DNA from: an uncultured Acidobacteriota bacterium
GTDB lineage: Bacteria; Acidobacteriota; Thermoanaerobaculia; UBA5066
Assembly (NCBI GenBank): GCA_963779415.1
Contig: CAVZYA010000001.1
Span: 384,001 to 448,000 of the forward strand
Direction of reading: 5' to 3'
DNA: 64,000 bases
Part shown: piece by piece, positions 37,866-49,924 of the stretch
Position numbering within the stretch: position 1 is the first letter of the stretch
Layout: each line of letters starts with the position of its first letter
Made by a program: the position numbers and the translations under genes
The notes under the pieces: model-generated
Database searches by the model: none
What the model was told of the DNA's origin: nothing
What the model saw: only the letters and a program-made list of their open reading frames with translations

Positions 37866-40800
37866 ATGACGTCCGACTTCGTTCACCTCCATCTCCACAC
37901 CCAGTACTCCCTCCTCGACGGCGCCAATCGCGTCAAGGACCTGATCCACCAGGTGAAGGGGCTGGGAATGGACGCCGTGGCCGTGACGGACCACGGAAAC
38001 ATGTTCGGCGCCTACGAGCTCCAGACGGCGGCGCTCGACGCGGGGGTCAAGCCGATCCTCGGCGTGGAGGCGTACGTCGCGCCCGGCTCCCGCTTCGACC
38101 GGGAGCAGGTGAAGACCTTCGACGGCGAGGGGAACAACTACCACCTGACGCTCCTCGTCGAGACCGCCGAGGGATACCGGAACCTGACTCGACTCGTCTC
38201 CGAAGCGTTCCTCTCCGGTTTCTACTACAAGCCGCGGATGGACTGGGAGCTCCTGGAGCGCCACCACGCCGGCCTCATCGCGCTCTCCGGCTGCCTGAAC
38301 TCCGAAGTCTCCAAGCGGCTGCGCGCCGGGGACTACGCCGGGGCGAAGGCCACGGCCCTGAAGTACCGGGATCTCTTCGGGAAGGACCGCTACTTCATCG
38401 AAGTGATGGACCACGGCATCCCGGAGCAGCGGCAGATCCTCCCGGACCTCTTCCGGCTCTCGAAGGAGACGGGGATCCCGCCGGTGGCGACCAACGACGC
38501 CCACTACCTCACGCGGGAGGACGCGCCGGCCCAGGACGTCCTACTCTGCATCGGGATGGGGAAGACGCTGAACGACGCCAAGCGGATGCGCTTCTACAAC
38601 TCCGAGTTCTACGTGAAGAGCCCGGCGGAGATGTCGGAGACGTTCCGCTCCTGGTCTTCAGACGCCGTGAGAAACACGGCGGTCATCGCGGACCGCATCG
38701 AGGCCGGCGTCATCGTCGACACGGGGCTGAAGATACCGAGCTTTCCCGTCCCCCAGGGACGGGGAGATCCGGAGGAATTCCTCGAGAGCCTGGCGCGGGA
38801 AGGGCTGGAGAAGCGCCTCGCGCCGCTCCCGGCCGGCCTCACGGCCGGGGGGACGAAGCACACACGGGAGGAGTACGAGGAACGGCTCGCGTGGGAGCTC
38901 GGGGTCATCCGGAAGATGGGGCTCTCGAGCTACTTCCTCATCGTCTGGGACTTCATCCGGTTCGCCCGCGAAAGCGGCATTCCCGTCGGACCCGGGCGGG
39001 GGAGCGCCGCCGGCTCGCTCGTCGCGTACACCCTCCGGATCACCGAGGTCGATCCCCTCGCGTACGGCCTCCTCTTCGAGCGCTTCCTGAACCCCGACCG
39101 GATCTCGATGCCCGACATCGACGTCGACCTCTGCGAGCGGCGCCGCGGAGAGGTGATCGAGTACGTCCGCCAGAAATACGGCCGGGAAAACGTCGGACAG
39201 ATCATCACCTTCAACTCGATGAAGGCGCGGGCCGTGATCCGGGACGTCGGACGGGTTCTCGAGGTGCCGCTCGCGGAGGTGAACCGCCTCTGCGGAATGA
39301 TCCCCTCGAGCCCGGGAAAGCCGGTGACGCTCGCCGAGGCGCGGCGGTCCGTGAAGGAGCTTTCGGAGGCGCTCCAGGGGAGCGAAACGTATCGCCACCT
39401 CTTCGATCTCGCCGAGCGGCTCGAGGGGGTCTCCCGGCACGCCGGCGTCCATGCGGCGGGCGTTCTCATCGCCCCCCGCCCTCTCGTGGAGTACCTCCCG
39501 CTCTACCGCAACAACAACGACGAGATCACGACCCAGTACGAGATGAAGTCCGTCGACCGGATGGGGCTCCTCAAGATGGACTTCCTCGGGCTGATCACGC
39601 TGACGATCCTCGACGACGCGCTGAAGTTCGTCGCGAAGCGGACCGGGACGCTCCCCGACCTTTCGCTGATCCCGCTCGACGATCCGGAGGTCTATCGGCT
39701 CTTCGCCGAGGGGAGGACGGACGGTGTCTTCCAGTTCGAGTCTTCCGGGATGCGCGACCTCCTCCGCCGCGCGCGGCCGGAAGCGTTCGAGGATCTCTGC
39801 GCCCTGAATGCGCTCTACCGGCCGGGGGCCCTCGACGCGGGGACCGTGGAGCTCTACATCGAGCGCCGCCGCGGGAAGAAGTTCGACTCCCCGCTCCCGC
39901 AGCTCGAGCCGATCCTCCGCGAGACGTACGGGATCCTCGTCTACCAGGAGCAGGTCATGCTCGCCGCGCGGGCCGTGGCTGGCTACTCGCCGGGGGAGGC
40001 CGACAAGCTCCGGAAGGCGATCGGCAAGAAGGACGACGCCCTCCTGAAGGCCGAAGGAGCCAAGTTCCTGAAGAAGGCCGCCGCCACCGGAACGCCGAAG
40101 AGGAAGGCCGAGGAGCTCTGGTCGCTGATCCTGCCGTTCGGCCGGTACGGCTTCAACAAGTCCCACTCCGTCGTCTACGCCCTTCTCGCCTACCGGACGG
40201 CGTGGATGAAGGCGCATCACCCCGTGGAGTTCCTCGCGGCGACCCTGACGGCGAACTCGGGAAAGTCCGACGACGTCGTGAAGTACGTGAACACCTGCCG
40301 GGAAATGAAGATACCGGTCCTCCCTCCCGACGTGAACGCGTCCGACTTCTCCTTCACGCCGGACGGGGACGCGATCCGCTTCGGCCTCGGGGCCGTGAAG
40401 GGGGTGGGGGAGGGAGCGGTCGCCTCGATCCTCGGAGCGCGTGCCGCGGACGGGCCCTTCCGCTCCCTGACCGACTTCTGCTCCCGCGTCGACCTCCGCC
40501 TCAACAACCGAAAGGTGATCGAGGCGCTCGTCAAGTCGGGCTCGTTCGACTCCCTCGGGAAGAGCCGGACCGCGCTCCTCGCCGGGCTCGATTCGGCGAT
40601 CGAGGTCGCCGCCGCGCACCGCGAGGCGAAGAGCTCGGCCCAGAACGTCCTCTTCGAGGTCTCGTCCGAGGCCTCCCTCGTCGACCGCTTCCCCGATCTC
40701 CCCGAGGCGCACGCCGAGGAGAAGATCCGGCACGAGAAGGAGACGCTCGGCTTCTACATCACCGGGCACCCTCTCGCGCGGTTCGAGGAGGAGATCCGGC

Positions 40801-41408
40801 TCTTCGGCAACGTCACCGCGGAGTCGGCGCGCGAAAAGGTCGACCAGCAGGTCCGTCTCGTCGGGCTCGTGGCGGCGCTGAAGAAGAGCCAGATCAAGAA
40901 GGGGGCGAACGAGGGGAAGATCATGGCGAAGGCGACGCTCGAAGACCTCACGGGGAGCGTCCCCGTCACCATTTTCGCGAGCCTCCTCGAGAAGGTGGGG
41001 GGATGGCTCGAGGCGGGGAAGCCCGTCCGCGTGACGGGGACGGTCCGCGGAAGCTTCGCGCCCGGGGCGCCCGCCCCCGAGGAAGGGGAAGGGGGCCTCG
41101 CTCCCGTGGAGATCGTGGCCCGGGAGATCGAGCCTCTGGAGGGGCTGCGCGAGCAGAGCGCGCGGGAGCTGCTCCTCGTCGCGTCGATCCCGGAGACGCT
41201 GGACGAGACGTTCGCCGGCGTCAAGCAGCTTCTCGAGGCCTCGCCCGGCAGCGTCCCCGTCTCGCTCGAGCTGCGCCGCGCCGGGCACTTCGAGGCCGTC
41301 GTGAAGCTCGACCCCCGGTACGCGGTGAAGCCGACGCCGGACCTGACGGCGCGCCTCGAAGGCCTCCTCGGGCCGAAGTCCGTCCGGTACCAGTACGCGA
41401 CGCCGTAG
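37866..41408 (+). CDS. dnaE: DNA polymerase III alpha subunit
   Basis: HLHLHTQYSLLDG PHP domain, GPGRGSAAGS, MPDIDVD, KMDFLGL, GVFQFES, FNKSHS, OB fold. Confidence 0.98.
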   Translation: MTSDFVHLHLHTQYSLLDGANRVKDLIHQVKGLGMDAVAVTDHGNMFGAYELQTAALDAGVKPILGVEAYVAPGSRFDREQVKTFDGEGNNYHLTLLVETAEGYRNLTRLVSEAFLSGFYYKPRMDWELLERHHAGLIALSGCLNSEVSKRLRAGDYAGAKATALKYRDLFGKDRYFIEVMDHGIPEQRQILPDLFRLSKETGIPPVATNDAHYLTREDAPAQDVLLCIGMGKTLNDAKRMRFYNSEFYVKSPAEMSETFRSWSSDAVRNTAVIADRIEAGVIVDTGLKIPSFPVPQGRGDPEEFLESLAREGLEKRLAPLPAGLTAGGTKHTREEYEERLAWELGVIRKMGLSSYFLIVWDFIRFARESGIPVGPGRGSAAGSLVAYTLRITEVDPLAYGLLFERFLNPDRISMPDIDVDLCERRRGEVIEYVRQKYGRENVGQIITFNSMKARAVIRDVGRVLEVPLAEVNRLCGMIPSSPGKPVTLAEARRSVKELSEALQGSETYRHLFDLAERLEGVSRHAGVHAAGVLIAPRPLVEYLPLYRNNNDEITTQYEMKSVDRMGLLKMDFLGLITLTILDDALKFVAKRTGTLPDLSLIPLDDPEVYRLFAEGRTDGVFQFESSGMRDLLRRARPEAFEDLCALNALYRPGALDAGTVELYIERRRGKKFDSPLPQLEPILRETYGILVYQEQVMLAARAVAGYSPGEADKLRKAIGKKDDALLKAEGAKFLKKAAATGTPKRKAEELWSLILPFGRYGFNKSHSVVYALLAYRTAWMKAHHPVEFLAATLTANSGKSDDVVKYVNTCREMKIPVLPPDVNASDFSFTPDGDAIRFGLGAVKGVGEGAVASILGARAADGPFRSLTDFCSRVDLRLNNRKVIEALVKSGSFDSLGKSRTALLAGLDSAIEVAAAHREAKSSAQNVLFEVSSEASLVDRFPDLPEAHAEEKIRHEKETLGFYITGHPLARFEEEIRLFGNVTAESAREKVDQQVRLVGLVAALKKSQIKKGANEGKIMAKATLEDLTGSVPVTIFASLLEKVGGWLEAGKPVRVTGTVRGSFAPGAPAPEEGEGGLAPVEIVAREIEPLEGLREQSARELLLVASIPETLDETFAGVKQLLEASPGSVPVSLELRRAGHFEAVVKLDPRYAVKPTPDLTARLEGLLGPKSVRYQYATP

Positions 41409-41428
41409 GATTCCGGGAGGAGAAGAGA

Positions 41429-42367
41429 ATTCCTTCGAAGGAGAGAGAGCTCGTACGGGTTCTCGCGGCGGTGGGACGCGTCGCGGCGGATGCGGGCCTT
41501 CCCGTCTACGTCGTCGGAGGCGCGGTCCGCGATCTTCTTCTTCACCGCTCTTCGAAGGACCTTGATTTCGTGGTCGAAGGGCCGGCAGGCAGGGCGCTTC
41601 ACCTTTCGTCGTCGTTTTCGGCTCTCCCGGGCTGGTCCCTCGTCGCCACGCACCCGCGGTTCGGGACGGCCACGCTCGTCGCTCCGGACGGCCTCCGCGT
41701 CGACCTCGCCTCCAGCCGGTCGGAGAGCTATCCGCGCCCCGGCTCCCTGCCGATCGTCGAGACCGGAGCTCCCCTCACCGAGGATCTCCGCCGCCGGGAC
41801 TTCACGATCCACGCGATGGCTCGGGCCCTCGCCGCCGACGGCGCGCTCGGTCCCCTCGTCGATCCGTTCGGCGGCAAGGGAGATCTCGAGAGGCGCTGCC
41901 TCAGGCTCCTCCACCCCCGCTCGCTCGTGGACGACCCGACTCGCGCGCTTCGGGCCGTCGTGTACGCCGTCCGGCTCGGCTTCGGAATCGAGGGGAGCTT
42001 CCGGGCCGCCCTCTCACGGGCACGGGCGGAGAGAGCCTTCGACGCCGTCAGCGGGGACCGACTTCGGCGGGGGCTCGAGCTGGCGATCGGAGAGGACGAC
42101 TTCGAAAAGGCAACAGAGCTCCTCCTGAAATTCGCACTCCTCGACGACATCTGTCCCGGCTGGGGAGAGGGTCTGCAAAGAGAGATTTCTTCGAAAGGGG
42201 GAGAAAAGGAAGAGGGAAAAGAAGAAGCATCAGCAGAGGTGCGCCGCGTGGCGCGCCGGTGGGCTCGGCTTCTTTCCGGTTCTTCACCTTCAAAGAAATG
42301 GGACATTGCGGAGCGCTTGAAGTTCTCTCGTGCGCTTCGGCGGGCGACAGGGGTTCCTCTTCGATGA
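41429..42367 (+). CDS. Class II tRNA nucleotidyltransferase/poly(A) polymerase family, A-adding-like (start ATT 41429 or GTG 41471)
   Basis: VGGAVRDLLL, DLDFVVEG, FGT, ESYPRPGSLP.V loop, DLRRRDFTIHAMA, DDPTR. Confidence 0.8.
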   Translation: MPSKERELVRVLAAVGRVAADAGLPVYVVGGAVRDLLLHRSSKDLDFVVEGPAGRALHLSSSFSALPGWSLVATHPRFGTATLVAPDGLRVDLASSRSESYPRPGSLPIVETGAPLTEDLRRRDFTIHAMARALAADGALGPLVDPFGGKGDLERRCLRLLHPRSLVDDPTRALRAVVYAVRLGFGIEGSFRAALSRARAERAFDAVSGDRLRRGLELAIGEDDFEKATELLLKFALLDDICPGWGEGLQREISSKGGEKEEGKEEASAEVRRVARRWARLLSGSSPSKKWDIAERLKFSRALRRATGVPLR

Positions 42368-43176
42368 GGAACTTCACTCGTCTGGCCTTTCTTCCGTGGA
42401 GCCTCGCGGTCACCGTCGTGTTCGCGAACGCGGCCGTCGCGCAGCAGGAGCCTCCGGCATGGCCGACGCCCCGGCCGGAGCCCGTTCAGCCGGAAGCGGC
42501 CCCGTCCGGACTCCGGCGCGTCACACTGGAGCCGACGCCCACCCTCACGCCGACGCCTCTCGTCCACCCGCACCTCATCGCGGCCCTGGAGACGACGGAG
42601 GGGAACGACACCGAGCGCGTGGCCCTCTTCGACGACGGGACGCTCGCTTTCGCCCAGTCGTATCGGGGCCACCGGACGGTCAAGCGGAAGGTCGTGACGC
42701 CCTCGGAGATCGACGTCATCCGCCAGGTTCTCGCTCCGGCGTCGGAGACCCGGGCGACGTGGGGATTGGCCGCGAGGCCTCCCGAGGAGATCGTGGGACG
42801 GCGGATCCGGATCGAGGTGACCGACGCCTCGGGACACCCGAGGGTCTTCACGACGGACGATCTGACGGCGCTTCCGCTCGCAATCGGCCGGGCCAAGGCG
42901 GCACTCGAGGATCTCCGGAGCCGCTTCTTCGAAACCGACCCGAAGGAGTTCCGGTGGAATCCCAGGAGCGTCAAGAAGGGAGACCGCCTGAGGAACCGGT
43001 CCACCGGGAGCTGGTACGTCGTCCTCCGCGACGACACCTTCGAGCAGGGTCTCGAGCTTCAGGAAGTGGGAGGGCTCCGGAACGAGATGCTGATCTCGCG
43101 CGACCAGATTCCGAAGCTGTTCGAAAACCCCGCCACTTCCGGGCCGCCCCCTCCGGCGGCGACGCCGGGCCGCTAG
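42364..43176 (+). CDS. Hypothetical secreted protein with Pro/Thr-rich linker
   Basis: ATG overlaps the upstream stop; signal peptide ending AVA-QQ; codon usage typical of the genome. Confidence 0.65.
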   Translation: MRNFTRLAFLPWSLAVTVVFANAAVAQQEPPAWPTPRPEPVQPEAAPSGLRRVTLEPTPTLTPTPLVHPHLIAALETTEGNDTERVALFDDGTLAFAQSYRGHRTVKRKVVTPSEIDVIRQVLAPASETRATWGLAARPPEEIVGRRIRIEVTDASGHPRVFTTDDLTALPLAIGRAKAALEDLRSRFFETDPKEFRWNPRSVKKGDRLRNRSTGSWYVVLRDDTFEQGLELQEVGGLRNEMLISRDQIPKLFENPATSGPPPPAATPGR

Positions 43177-43189
43177 GGGGAGAAGCGCC

Positions 43190-43723
43190 GTGGTACGGAT
43201 CACCGGAGGACGGTATCGCGGCCGGCGGCTCGACGTTCCCGCAAACGTTCGCCCGACGACCGAGATCGCGCGCAAGGCGGCGTTCGACATCCTCGGGAGC
43301 CGGATCCCGGGCGCCTCCGTCCTCGACGCGTGCTCCGGCTCCGGGGCCTACGGGCTCGAGGCGCTCTCGCGGGGAGCGGTCCGCGCAATGTTCGTCGAGA
43401 AGGAGCGTGCGGCGCGGGAGATCCTGCGACGAAACATCGAACGTCTCGGCGTCACGGCTCAATGCGCCGTGGAGGGGCGGCCGGTCGCCTCGTACGCCGC
43501 ACTCGCGCTCCGCGCGGATTCGCCGACGAGGTTCGACGTCGTCTTTCACGACCCTCCGTTCGAAGAGCCGTCGGACGAGGACCTCGGCCTCCTCCTTCGC
43601 CTTCTCGCGCGGGACGGCACGCTCGTCCACGAACGGGGCGACGACCGGATCCCCCGGACCGGACGAACCCCCGGGGACGTGCGTCGGTACGGCCGGACAC
43701 GGCTCCTCTTCTACCGGGCCTGA
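43190..43723 (+). CDS. rsmD: 16S rRNA m2G966 methyltransferase
   Basis: RITGGRYRGRRL, RPT, LDACSGSG..G.EALSRGA, DPPF, RRYG.T. Confidence 0.9.
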   Translation: MVRITGGRYRGRRLDVPANVRPTTEIARKAAFDILGSRIPGASVLDACSGSGAYGLEALSRGAVRAMFVEKERAAREILRRNIERLGVTAQCAVEGRPVASYAALALRADSPTRFDVVFHDPPFEEPSDEDLGLLLRLLARDGTLVHERGDDRIPRTGRTPGDVRRYGRTRLLFYRA

Positions 43724-43786
43724 AGAGAGAGCCTGCTGGTAAACTGCGCGCTTCGATCCGGGGCCGGACGGCCTCCGAGGAGCTTC

Positions 43787-44953
43787 ATGCCCATGAGCCG
43801 CACCGTCTTCACGTCCGAGTCCGTCACGGAAGGCCATCCCGACAAGATCGCCGACCAGATCAGCGACTCCATCCTCGACGCCATCCTGGCCGACGATCCG
43901 GCGGGAAGGGTCGCGTGCGAGACCCTCGTCACGACCGGGCTCGCCCTGATCGCCGGCGAGATCACGACGAAGACCTGGGTGGACATTCCGGCCATCGTCC
44001 GACAGACGATTCGCGACGTGGGGTACACGCGGGCGAAGTACGGCTTCGACTACGAGACCTGTGCCGTCATATCCACGATCGACAAGCAGTCGCCCGACAT
44101 CGCGCAGGGGGTCGACACGGGCGGCGCGGGGGACCAGGGGCTGATGTTCGGCTTCGCCGTGCGCGAGACGGAGGAGCTGATGCCGCTCCCGATCACGCTC
44201 GCGCACCAGCTCACGATGCGCCTCGCCGAGGCCCGGAAGACCCATGTCCTCGACTGGCTCCGCCCCGACGGGAAGAGCCAGGTCACCGTGGAGTACGAGG
44301 GAACGACCCCGATCCGGGTGGATGCCATCGTCGTCTCGACGCAGCACGCCGAGTCGGTCCCGACCGGCGAGCTTCGCGATGCGGTGCTCGAGGAGATCAT
44401 CAAGCCCGTCGTCCCGAAGGGAATGTTCGACGGACAGACGAAGGTCCACATCAACCCGACGGGTCGCTTCGTGATCGGCGGGCCGCAGGGCGACACGGGA
44501 CTGACCGGACGGAAGATCATCGTCGACACGTACGGCGGCAGCGGCCGGCACGGCGGCGGAGCCTTCTCGGGCAAGGACCCGACGAAGGTCGACCGGTCGG
44601 CCTCCTACATGGCACGGCACGTGGCGAAGAACCTCGTCGCCGCGGGCCTCGCCGACCGCGTCGAGGTGCAGCTCGCCTACGCGATCGGCGTCGCCGAACC
44701 GGTCTCGGTCCACGTGGAGACGTTCGGGACCGGGAAAGTCGACCCGGCGAGGCTTCCGGGCCTCGTCCGCGACCATTTCAAGCTGACGCCGCAGGGGATC
44801 ATCCAGTCCCTCGATCTTCGAAAGCCGATCTACCGGAAGACGGCGGCATACGGTCACTTCGGGCGCCGTCTCGCCGGGTTCACCTGGGAGAAGACGGACA
44901 AGGCCGAGGCGCTCGCCGCCGCGGCCGGGCTCTCCGTCCCGACGAACGCCTGA
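43787..44953 (+). CDS. metK: S-adenosylmethionine synthetase (start 43787 or 43793)
   Basis: [50 protein letters not shown]. Confidence 0.98.
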   Translation: MPMSRTVFTSESVTEGHPDKIADQISDSILDAILADDPAGRVACETLVTTGLALIAGEITTKTWVDIPAIVRQTIRDVGYTRAKYGFDYETCAVISTIDKQSPDIAQGVDTGGAGDQGLMFGFAVRETEELMPLPITLAHQLTMRLAEARKTHVLDWLRPDGKSQVTVEYEGTTPIRVDAIVVSTQHAESVPTGELRDAVLEEIIKPVVPKGMFDGQTKVHINPTGRFVIGGPQGDTGLTGRKIIVDTYGGSGRHGGGAFSGKDPTKVDRSASYMARHVAKNLVAAGLADRVEVQLAYAIGVAEPVSVHVETFGTGKVDPARLPGLVRDHFKLTPQGIIQSLDLRKPIYRKTAAYGHFGRRLAGFTWEKTDKAEALAAAAGLSVPTNA

Positions 44954-45003
44954 CACGCAGGGAACCGGGGCCCGCACGGCGATCTCGCGCTCTCCGAACT
45001 GGA

Positions 45004-45027
45004 ATCATGAAAACATGATTTCATGAT
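45004..45027. promoter_or_regulatory. Palindromic operator, probable SahR binding site(s), overlapping the sahR-ahcY promoter
   Basis: ATCATG-AAAA-CATGAT (45004-45019) plus overlapping AACATG-ATTT-CATGAT (45012-45027). Overall a 9-6-9 inverted repeat, 11 nt before GTG 45039. Confidence 0.8.
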
Positions 45028-45031
45028 ATAA

Positions 45032-47377
<2,346 letters not shown>

Positions 47378-47402
47378 CGGAGGCGCCAAGGGGGAGCGGC
47401 GT

Positions 47403-49745
47403 TCAGGTCTGCACGCCCGCGAGGCCCCAGGCCGCTCCCAGCCCGAACAGCAGATCGGCGGACCAGGCGGCGGCGGCGGGCGGAAGCGCCCCCGTCTCGC
47501 CGAGCTTGAGGAAGAGGCCACTCGCGAAGAAATAGGAGAGCCCGAGGAGGATCGCCACGCCGACCCCGGCGACCGCTCCGCGCTTCCCGAAGCGGAAGGC
47601 GAAGGGGAGGCCGACGAGAGTCAGGATGAGGGCGGAGAGGGCGACGGCGGGCTTCTGGTGAAGGCTCGTCGCGAGCCGGGCGACGTTTCCCCCCGCCCTC
47701 CGACGCGCCGCGATGAACCGGGCGAGCTGGGACGCAGTCATCTGGCGCGGATTCGCCTGCACCGAGGAGATCGACTCGAAGGCCTCGGGCGCCTCGAGAA
47801 GGAATTGCCCCTCCCGTGCCATGAAGAGCGAGTCGGCCCCGCCGATGAAGTTCCGGATCCAGCCGTTCTCCGCGAGGAGGCCCTGGCCCGGCAGGACCTG
47901 GGCCCTCGCCGCCGCCGCCCGGAGGCGGATCCGGAAAGTGGCGGGATCGACCTCCACCATCTGGAGGCCCGCGACGCCGCGCGTCTTCGGATCGAACGCG
48001 TCGACGGAGAAGAACCGGCCTCCCTGCCCGCGAACCCACCCGCTCGGGAGCGTCTGCGGGGGAGGGGAGGCTCCCTTCAGCCTGGCCTTCAGCGTCTCGG
48101 ACTCCGCGCTCGCCACGGGAACGACGCGCTCCGCGAGAAAGAAAAGGACGACTCCCGTGCCGGCGGCGAGAAGAAGGATCGGGGCCGCCAGGCGGAAGAG
48201 CGAGATGCCCCCCGCGAGGACGGCCGTCGCCTCGGAAGAGCGGACGAGGGCCGCCACCGTGATGAGGGCCGCCACGAGGAAGGCGAAGGGGAGGATGTCG
48301 ACGAAGATCGGCGGGAGGAGAGCCTCGTAGTAGGCCAGGAGAAGCCGGGCCGGCGGCTTCACCTTCGCGAGGTCGTCGGCGAACTCGAGGTAGTCGATCA
48401 GGACGTAGATGGCGACGAATGAGGCGACGACGAGGGCGAAGACGCGAAGGAACCGTCCCGACACGTAGCGGTCGAGAAGGTTACCGACACGCCTCGGACG
48501 GCGGACGCCGCGAGGCTCCGCCTCTCCGGGCGCCCGGGCGCTCCTCGCGGAGGGGGCGGAGAAAGTCCCCGACCGCTCGCCTCGCCGCAGCGAGATCGAC
48601 GGGAAGAGCGGACGGTCCTTTCGAACCCGGACGAGGGCCGCGACGCCGAGGATCGTCAGAAGGATGTCCGGGAGCCACATCGCCACCGCCGGTGAGACGT
48701 GGCCGTCGATGGCGCGCGCCTCCCCGATGGCCAGGAGCACGTAGTACCCGAGGACGATCACTACGGAGACGACGAAGCCGGCCGCGCGCCCTCCACGCCG
48801 CGTGACGAGGCCGAGGGGGAGCCCGACGAGGCCGAAAACGAGCGCCGCAGCCGGAAGCGCGAACTTCTTGTGAATCTCCACCCACGCGAGGCGTCGCTCC
48901 ACCTCGCTTCGGGCGCCGACCCGGGCCGTTCGGATGAGTTCGCCGAGCCGCTGCTCGCGAAGAAGCTTCTCCCGCGGACGGCTTGCGAGGGCCTCCCTCA
49001 CGCCGGTCTCCTGGAGGAGATACCGGACCGTCCCGAACGAGACGTCGTACTGGCGGGGGTTCGCCCCGACGTGATGGCTCGTCGCGTCGTCAAGCCGGAG
49101 CCAGAGCCGCCCCTCCTCCTCGTCGATCTCGAGTTCCCCGCGCGGCGCCAGTGTGAGCCGTTCACCCTCGTCCCCGGCGGAACGGTCGACGACGAAGAGC
49201 CCGGTGAGCTGCCGCCGGTCGGGGGCCGCGTTCTCAACGTAGATGCTCTTCCCGGCGAAATCGGGGCTGAAGACGCCGGGCGAGATCCGACGGGCCACGG
49301 CGAAGGTCAAAAGGCGAAGCCGCATCTCCGAGAGGAGCCGGTTCCCCCGGGGAACCGCCTCAAGGATCAGTAGCGACGTCGCCGCCGTCACGACGAGAGC
49401 CAACGCGGCGACGGGACGATAGAGCCGCAAAAGGTCGATCCCGGCTGCCCGGAGCGCGATCACCTCCGAGTCGGCGCTGAGCCGCCCGAAGGCGATGAGA
49501 AGCCCGAGCAGGAACGAAATGGGGAGGGTCAGAACGACGATGTGCGGCAGCGAGAAGGCCAGGACGCGAAACGTCTCGGCGAGCGGGTCCTCGCTCTGGA
49601 ACAGAAGGTCGGAGAAGAGGACCACGCCCCGGAGCAGCATGAAACCCGTGTAGGCCAGAAAGGCAACCGCGGTGGGGGCGGCGATCTCGCGAAGAAGGTA
49701 GCGGTCTATCCGCTGAGCGATCTGCACGCCCGATCTTAGCGGCAT
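47403..49745 (-). CDS. Fused LptF-LptG LPS export ABC permease
   Basis: Two tandem YjgP/YjgQ units (IDRYLLRE...SEVIALRAAG...EIHKKFALP; LDRYV...SSEATAVLAGGIS...LHQKP). Confidence 0.9.
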   Translation of the reverse strand: MPLRSGVQIAQRIDRYLLREIAAPTAVAFLAYTGFMLLRGVVLFSDLLFQSEDPLAETFRVLAFSLPHIVVLTLPISFLLGLLIAFGRLSADSEVIALRAAGIDLLRLYRPVAALALVVTAATSLLILEAVPRGNRLLSEMRLRLLTFAVARRISPGVFSPDFAGKSIYVENAAPDRRQLTGLFVVDRSAGDEGERLTLAPRGELEIDEEEGRLWLRLDDATSHHVGANPRQYDVSFGTVRYLLQETGVREALASRPREKLLREQRLGELIRTARVGARSEVERRLAWVEIHKKFALPAAALVFGLVGLPLGLVTRRGGRAAGFVVSVVIVLGYYVLLAIGEARAIDGHVSPAVAMWLPDILLTILGVAALVRVRKDRPLFPSISLRRGERSGTFSAPSARSARAPGEAEPRGVRRPRRVGNLLDRYVSGRFLRVFALVVASFVAIYVLIDYLEFADDLAKVKPPARLLLAYYEALLPPIFVDILPFAFLVAALITVAALVRSSEATAVLAGGISLFRLAAPILLLAAGTGVVLFFLAERVVPVASAESETLKARLKGASPPPQTLPSGWVRGQGGRFFSVDAFDPKTRGVAGLQMVEVDPATFRIRLRAAAARAQVLPGQGLLAENGWIRNFIGGADSLFMAREGQFLLEAPEAFESISSVQANPRQMTASQLARFIAARRRAGGNVARLATSLHQKPAVALSALILTLVGLPFAFRFGKRGAVAGVGVAILLGLSYFFASGLFLKLGETGALPPAAAAWSADLLFGLGAAWGLAGVQT

Positions 49746-49773
49746 CGTTCCGTGCCTCCCGCTTTCTCCGTCT

Positions 49774-49801
49774 ATGTCCGATAAGATTTATTATGTTAAA
49801 T
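49774..49801 (+). other. dif: dif site (XerC/XerD chromosome dimer resolution site)
   Basis: ATGTCCGATAA-GATTTA-TTATGTTAAAT has the 11-6-11 layout. The right arm is identical to the E. coli XerD arm TTATGTTAAAT and the left arm ends in ATAA. Intergenic AT island; gene orientation converges here. Confidence 0.9.
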
Positions 49802-49924
49802 TCAAGGACCAGACAACCGAATATTCTTCGAAAGGAAGAACGGGACCATGCCCCGCTCGCCCGAGGGATCCATCGTGCCGGTTCGGTCATGACGGCGGAG
49901 TGGCTTCCCGAAAACCCGTGCGGC

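Noticed and set aside
43724-43786. SAH/SAM riboswitch upstream of metK (CCGAGGAGC)
   Set aside because: The match is just the SD, the downstream riboswitch elements are absent, and the leader after TGGTAAACT is too short.
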